A stretch of DNA of 63,832 nucleotides, counting the filler. It is 6 parts of 6 records of this genome, joined end to end, with 100 filler letters (N's around TTAATTAATTAA, not from the genome) between each part and the next. Parts side by side here need not be neighbours in the genome. Positions count along the whole stretch, not along the records: positions 57,973 to 63,832 come from DRR723986_14219; 5 more parts are not named here. One strand, written 5' to 3'. Within the stretch, counting starts at the first letter, position 1. Each line of letters opens with the position of its first letter. Shown in pieces: positions 58,996 to 63,832 of the stretch. The notes beneath the pieces were generated by a model that made no database searches, was not told the origin of the DNA, and saw nothing but the letters and a program-made list of their open reading frames with translations. A program made the position numbers and the translations under genes.

Positions 58996-60086
58996 GCGGC
59001 CCCCACCACATCAAATACTTTCAAAGCCTTTGCAGAAAGTCTAACCAATTGGCCTTCCTGCAAGTTCAATTCTCGTGCACGCTCGGCGCTAATTTCTACA
59101 TCAAAATGCTGCGCAGGTTGCAAATCTACAGAATCCAGTTCAACCCGAGTGTTCAAACCAAAGCGCAACACACGCACCACTTTGGCAGGTACCCCCAGAG
59201 AAAAATCAGGCTCAGTGTGAATGTCGATTTCATGTGGACGGGCAAACGCCAGCACATCGGCACCCTGTACGGCTTCGCCAGATCTGTTCAACACTGTACC
59301 GGAATGTGCCAGGTTCGACTCGCCCACCTGAATACCATCGCCCAAGTGACGTGCCTTGAACAGATTGACCGAGCCCAAAAAACCGTACACAAAAGGCGTG
59401 GCCGGGTGTTGATAGACTTCCTCAGGTGTACCGATTTGCTCCACATTGCCTTGGTTCATCAATACAACCCGGTCAGCCACTTCCAACGCTTCTTCCTGGT
59501 CGTGCGTGACAAAAATTGAGGTGATGTGCAATTCATCGTGCAAGCGGCGCAACCAGCGACGCAGCTCTTTCCGTACCTTGGCATCAAGGGCACCAAACGG
59601 TTCATCCAGCAGCAGTACCTTGGGCTCAACGGCCAATGCGCGGGCCAATGCAATTCGCTGACGTTGCCCGCCGCTGAGTTGTGAAGGAAACCGATCCGCC
59701 AGCCAATCCAGTTGAACCAATTTCAGAAGGCTGTGCACTTTTTCTGCGATTTCCGCCTTGCTGGGCCTTTCACTGCGAGGCTTCATACGCATGCCGAATG
59801 CCACATTGTCAAACACAGTCATGTGCTTGAACAGCGCGTAATGCTGAAACACAAAGCCTACATTTCGGTCTCGCACGTGCGTGTCGGAGGTGTCTTCTCC
59901 ATCCAGAATCACAGAGCCGCTGTCGGCCTGTTCCAGACCAGCGATGATGCGCAGCAACGTGGTTTTACCGCAGCCCGATGGCCCTAGCAGGGCAACCAGT
60001 TCGCCGCTGTTGAAATCAAGGCTGACGTTGTTCAGGGCGGTGAAATCGCCAAACTGTTTGTGAATGTTTTTAACTTGAATGCTCAT
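58992..60086 (-). CDS. cysA: Sulfate/thiosulfate ABC ATPase
   Basis: [49 protein letters not shown]-type C-terminus. Confidence 0.96.
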   Translation of the reverse strand: MSIQVKNIHKQFGDFTALNNVSLDFNSGELVALLGPSGCGKTTLLRIIAGLEQADSGSVILDGEDTSDTHVRDRNVGFVFQHYALFKHMTVFDNVAFGMRMKPRSERPSKAEIAEKVHSLLKLVQLDWLADRFPSQLSGGQRQRIALARALAVEPKVLLLDEPFGALDAKVRKELRRWLRRLHDELHITSIFVTHDQEEALEVADRVVLMNQGNVEQIGTPEEVYQHPATPFVYGFLGSVNLFKARHLGDGIQVGESNLAHSGTVLNRSGEAVQGADVLAFARPHEIDIHTEPDFSLGVPAKVVRVLRFGLNTRVELDSVDLQPAQHFDVEISAERARELNLQEGQLVRLSAKALKVFDVVGAA

Positions 60087-60098
60087 GATAATTCCTTC

Positions 60099-60980
60099 TT
60101 AGTGCACGCCCTGTTTGGCGGCTTGATGCTCAACCCAGGTTTTAATGCCCAAGGTGATCAAGGCCAGAAACGCAAGAATCGAAGCCACGGCGAACGCAGC
60201 CGAAAACTGGTATTCGTTGTATAGAATTTCGACGTGCAAGGGCAGCGTGTTGGTTTCGCCGCGAATGTGCCCCGACACGACTGACACCGCACCAAACTCG
60301 CCCATGGCTCGGGCGTTACACAAGATAACGCCGTACAGCAAACCCCACTTGATGTTAGGCAGGGTGACATGCCAGAAGGTTTGCCAGCCCCGCGCACCCA
60401 GCACCACGGCGGCTTCTTCTTCCTCTTTGCCCTGTGCTTCCATCAGCGGAATCAGCTCGCGAGCGATAAAAGGTACGGTGACAAACACTGTGGCCAGCAC
60501 AATGCCAGGTACCGCGAAGATAATGCGGATCTCGTACTCGGCCAAAAGGGGTGCAAACCAGCCCTGAGCGCCAAACAACAACACATATACCAGGCCAGCA
60601 ATCACGGGGCTCACAGAGAAAGGCAAATCAATCAAGGTGATGAGCACCTGCTTGCCTCGAAACTCGAACTTCGCAATGGCCCAGGCGGCGGCCACACCAA
60701 ACACCAGGTTCAAGGGCACCGCAATCGCTGCGGCCAACAAAGTCAGCTTTAAGGCATATACAGCATCGGGCTCTTTGAGAGACTCCCAATACACGCCTAC
60801 GCCCTGCCTGAATGCCTCGACAAAAACAGCAAACAAAGGCAGCAGCAAGAAGAAACCAAAGAAAGCCACCCCCGTGCCAATCAAGGCCCACTTGACCCAT
60901 GGCGATTCCCGCGTGGCCGACGAGCTTTGAAGCTTCTCGGCGCGCGAGGTGTGAATATGCAATGCAACAGCGCCCGACAT
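60099..60980 (-). CDS. cysW: Sulfate ABC permease CysW
   Basis: DLPFSVSPV, ARAMGEFGAVSVVSG, TLPLHVEILY. Confidence 0.95.
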   Translation of the reverse strand: MSGAVALHIHTSRAEKLQSSSATRESPWVKWALIGTGVAFFGFFLLLPLFAVFVEAFRQGVGVYWESLKEPDAVYALKLTLLAAAIAVPLNLVFGVAAAWAIAKFEFRGKQVLITLIDLPFSVSPVIAGLVYVLLFGAQGWFAPLLAEYEIRIIFAVPGIVLATVFVTVPFIARELIPLMEAQGKEEEEAAVVLGARGWQTFWHVTLPNIKWGLLYGVILCNARAMGEFGAVSVVSGHIRGETNTLPLHVEILYNEYQFSAAFAVASILAFLALITLGIKTWVEHQAAKQGVH

Positions 60981-61834
60981 TATTGAGTTCTCCCTGTGCG
61001 TTTGGCAGTCCAGGCTTGCAGGCCGTTGATGGCCAGCAACAAGATGAATGAAATGATCAACATGACCGATGCGATGGCAGTCGCGCCGGTGTAGTCGTAT
61101 TGCTCGAGCTTGGTGATGATCATCAACGGAGTAATTTCAGACACATACGGAATGTTGCCGGCGATGAAAATAACCGAACCGTATTCACCCACTGCCCTCG
61201 CAAAAGCCAACGCGAAGCCCGTGAGCAAAGCTGGGAACACGATGGGCAAAATGACATGAAAAAACGTTTGCCAACGGTTCGCCCCAAGACTGCTTGCGGC
61301 CTCTTCCAATTCACTTTCCATGTCTTCCAGCACGGGCTGAACTGTCCGCACCACAAAGGGCAAACCAATAAACACCAAGGCCACCAAAATGCCAGGGGGT
61401 GCAAAAGCCACTTTGATACCCAATGGCTCCAGATATTGCCCCACCCATCCGTTGCCGGCATACAAGGCTGTCAGTGCAATACCAGCCACCGCCGTGGGGA
61501 GGGCAAATGGAAGGTCAACCAGAGCATCCACGATTTTTCGACCGGGGAAGGTGTAGCGAACCAGTATCCAGGCCAATAACAGGCCAAACACCGCATTGAT
61601 GCCGGCTGCCAATAAAGAGATTCCAAATGAAACCCGGTAAGTTGCAACGATTCGGGGATCAGTCACCGTGCTCCAGAAATCGGCAAAGCTCATCTCGAAT
61701 GTTTTGATGAACACCGCGGACAGCGGAATCAGGATGAGCAAAGAGAGATAGACGATGGCATAGCCCAGGGTGAGATGAAACCCGGGCAGCACGCGTTTGG
61801 TGGATGAAGACGAAGCCACAATAGACCTTGACAA
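60980..61834 (-). CDS. cysT: Sulfate ABC permease CysT
   Basis: VLPGF, DLPFALPTAVAG, RTVQPVL, GEYGSVIFIAGN; TTG start. Confidence 0.95.
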   Translation of the reverse strand: MSRSIVASSSSTKRVLPGFHLTLGYAIVYLSLLILIPLSAVFIKTFEMSFADFWSTVTDPRIVATYRVSFGISLLAAGINAVFGLLLAWILVRYTFPGRKIVDALVDLPFALPTAVAGIALTALYAGNGWVGQYLEPLGIKVAFAPPGILVALVFIGLPFVVRTVQPVLEDMESELEEAASSLGANRWQTFFHVILPIVFPALLTGFALAFARAVGEYGSVIFIAGNIPYVSEITPLMIITKLEQYDYTGATAIASVMLIISFILLLAINGLQAWTAKRTGRTQ

Positions 61835-61858
61835 GTTCGATTTAAATGCGAAGCAAGC

Positions 61859-61914
61859 AGTCTATTGGAGTGGCTTTAGATACTGAACGATTAAAAAGTT
61901 GGATCGATATAAGA
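61859..61914 (-). promoter_or_regulatory. Internal CysB/Cbl-type promoter upstream of cysT
   Basis: Plus strand AGTCTA-N7-GGCTTT-N6-TGAACGA-N2-AAAAA-N-TT-N7-TAT-N-AGA, with -10-like TAGACT on minus; identical spacing to the sbp promoter. Confidence 0.65.
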
Positions 61915-61936
61915 AAAATTTATGATCCGACATGGG

Positions 61937-62614
61937 CTACAGAAGGTCGATGGAATTGCGCGTCAACTGGCGAATCTTCGTCAGTGCTGTGAAACGATTC
62001 CTGCTGACCTGGCTCTGCGCTTGAATTTGCCCCAAAGGAATGGCCTGAACCTGCTCTCTAAATTTGGCCACCAAACGAGGCAAGGCAGGCCAGGCGCCAA
62101 ATCCCGACTCCACATTGATATGCCCTGCATTGCGCAAACAGGTAAAACGCAAACCCCAATGGTCTGCCCAGTATCGAGCGTGAGTCAATTTTAGCCAAGG
62201 ATCGTCCGAGCTCGCGATGAATACGCCCGGTACGCCCAAAGGTCGTGCAGGAATCGCACCGAGTAAAGTAGTGGGCGAAAGTTCTTGCGAAGTGATCAGC
62301 CCTGTTGCACTGAATCGCTGGGGAGATGCTGGCGCCACCAAAATGACCCCAGCCACCTTGGTTTCGTTGTCCGCAATCGCAACCACACTGGCCAGACAGC
62401 CAAAACTGTGTGCGATCAGGATCACGCTACCCGCCTCGTCTCGAATGTTGTTTCGAATTGCATCAGCCCACGCTGCGACCACCGGTTTGTTGAAGTCAAT
62501 CCCGCTTACCCTTCGGCAATTTGGAATTTCCTTCTCTGCCCAGGTTTGCCAGTGGTCTGGGCCACTGCCATTCAAGCCGGGCACGGTGATGCAAGTGGGC
62601 GCAAGCACGGTCAA
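61937..62614 (-). CDS. RBBP9/YdeN-family alpha/beta serine hydrolase
   Basis: VPGLNGSGPDHWQ, AHSFGC nucleophile elbow, SSDDPW, AGHIN. Confidence 0.9.
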   Translation of the reverse strand: MTVLAPTCITVPGLNGSGPDHWQTWAEKEIPNCRRVSGIDFNKPVVAAWADAIRNNIRDEAGSVILIAHSFGCLASVVAIADNETKVAGVILVAPASPQRFSATGLITSQELSPTTLLGAIPARPLGVPGVFIASSDDPWLKLTHARYWADHWGLRFTCLRNAGHINVESGFGAWPALPRLVAKFREQVQAIPLGQIQAQSQVSRNRFTALTKIRQLTRNSIDLL

Positions 62615-62626
62615 TACTCCCGACCA

Positions 62627-63640
62627 TTAACGCTTGAAGATTTGATCGAAAACGCCACCGTCCTCAAAGTGGGTTTTCTGGGCTTTCTGCCAACCACCAA
62701 ACACTTCGTCGATGGTGAATAGTTTCACTTTGGGGAAACGATTCAAGTCTGCCTTGTTGGCCACCAGTTCGGGCTTGTTGGGACGGTAATAGTTTGCCGC
62801 TGCAATTTGTTGCCCAACGGGAGAGTACAGATAATCAAGGTAGGCTTGCGCAACGACAGTTGTACCTTTTCTGTCCGCATTTCCTTTCACCACTGCAACG
62901 GGTGGCTCTGCCAAAATCGAGACCGAGGGCACAATGATTTCAAACTTGTCCTTACCCAATTCATTGATGGCCAGGAACGCTTCGTTTTCCCAGGAAATAA
63001 ACACATCACCAATATTTCTTTGCACGAAAGTATTGGTTGACCCACGCGCACCGGAATCCAGCACCGGCACGTTTTTGTACAGGGTCGTCACGAAATCTTT
63101 GGCTTTGGCTTCAGTACCACCCGGCTTTTTCAAGGCATAGCCCCACGCAGCCAAGTAGTTCCAGCGTGCACCGCCCGAGGTTTTCGGGTTAGGCGTAATC
63201 ACTTGAATGCCGGGCTTGACCAAATCATCCCAATCCTTGATGTTCTTTGGGTTGCCTTTGCGAACCAGGAACACAATGGTTGAGGTGTAAGGCGAACTGT
63301 TGTTGGACAGCTTCTTTTGCCAGTCCGCTGGAATCTTGCCTGTTTTTTCAGCAATCGCATCAATGTCGTAGGCCAAGGCCAGCGTGACTACATCCGCCTC
63401 CAAACCATCAATCACTGCGCGGGCCTGCTTACCCGCACCGCCGTGACTTTGCTTGATAGTCACGGTTTCACCAGTTTTTTCTTTCCAGTATTTGGCAAAT
63501 GCCGGATTGAACTCCTGGTACAACTCGCGAGTTGGGTCATAGGACACGTTAAGCAATTCAACGTTGGCCCATGCGGTGGAGGAGATCGCCAGGGCCGCAG
63601 TTAGCCCCAAGGTTTTTTTGATCAGAGCGGCAAAATTCAT
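62627..63640 (-). CDS. sbp: Periplasmic sulfate-binding protein
   Basis: [43 protein letters not shown]. Confidence 0.96.
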   Translation of the reverse strand: MNFAALIKKTLGLTAALAISSTAWANVELLNVSYDPTRELYQEFNPAFAKYWKEKTGETVTIKQSHGGAGKQARAVIDGLEADVVTLALAYDIDAIAEKTGKIPADWQKKLSNNSSPYTSTIVFLVRKGNPKNIKDWDDLVKPGIQVITPNPKTSGGARWNYLAAWGYALKKPGGTEAKAKDFVTTLYKNVPVLDSGARGSTNTFVQRNIGDVFISWENEAFLAINELGKDKFEIIVPSVSILAEPPVAVVKGNADRKGTTVVAQAYLDYLYSPVGQQIAAANYYRPNKPELVANKADLNRFPKVKLFTIDEVFGGWQKAQKTHFEDGGVFDQIFKR

Positions 63641-63675
63641 GATGTAATCCTTCAGAGTGTTCTTGATGTGGTCAC

Positions 63676-63731
63676 ATCTTAGGGATCAGGCTTTGCGCTG
63701 TGAACGAAGAAAAACTTCTTTGCTTATCAGA
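63676..63731 (-). promoter_or_regulatory. CysB/Cbl-type promoter upstream of sbp
   Basis: Plus strand ATCTTA-N7-GGCTTT-N6-TGAACGA-N2-AAAAA-N-TT-N7-TAT-N-AGA, with -10-like TAAGAT on minus. Confidence 0.65.
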
Positions 63732-63832
63732 TTCTTCATCAGCTCGAATGCGTGATCATTCGCTGAATTCATCGAAGCCCAATCGGCTTGGGTTCCGATC
63801 TCCCGCCCGTCGGTTAACTGCCCGATCGGCTT

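Overview
This window is not one genome. It is six unrelated contigs joined by artificial 100-nt spacers (N44-TTAATTAATTAA-N44) at 23861-23960, 29337-29436, 35952-36051, 47802-47901 and 57873-57972. Taxonomy below is inferred from protein style and synteny only. (1) 1-23860, Pirellulaceae-like planctomycete: sulfatase, TPR proteins, rluD, isoaspartyl peptidase, feoA-feoA-feoB plus a Cys-rich peptide under a Fur-like box, a four-zinc-ribbon protein, mgtE, larB, argG, a decayed DUF1573/peptide/secreted-protein islet, DUF1559, dtd, cvpA, a Ser/Thr kinase next to accA, and a GT4 fragment, with at least two families of GTAG-type REP elements. (2) 23961-29336, Rhodobacteraceae: REC protein (RbaY-like) and Hpt pair, SDR, ilvA, argG, sulfotransferase-like gene, msrA 5' end. 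(3) 29437-35951, Rhodobacteraceae: thrC, surf1, ctaE, ctaG, a 53-aa ORF, ctaB and ctaC, then tldD and the dprA 5' end, with FnrL, RegA and CtrA boxes. (4) 36052-47801, Roseibium-like: TetR-MFP-RND efflux operon, CSS-EAL phosphodiesterase, PfkB kinase, MsbA-like ABC transporter, aspS 3' end. (5) 47902-57872, Hyphomonas-like: sufS-sufT-sufA, TetR-plsC, purC/purS, ATP synthase zeta, 6S RNA-ygfA-GH16, tRNA-Gly 5' fragment. (6) 57973-63832, Limnobacter-like betaproteobacterium: sbp, YdeN-type hydrolase, cysTWA, cysB/cbl. Most content is housekeeping and I found no CRISPR array, prophage or transposase. The best leads for uncharacterised biology are the serine hydrolase embedded in the sulfate operon between two matched promoters, the decayed planctomycete peptide/DUF1573 islet, the non-canonical kinase upstream of accA, a secreted orphan with a Fur-like box next to suf, and a GH16 gene coupled to the 6S-ygfA unit.
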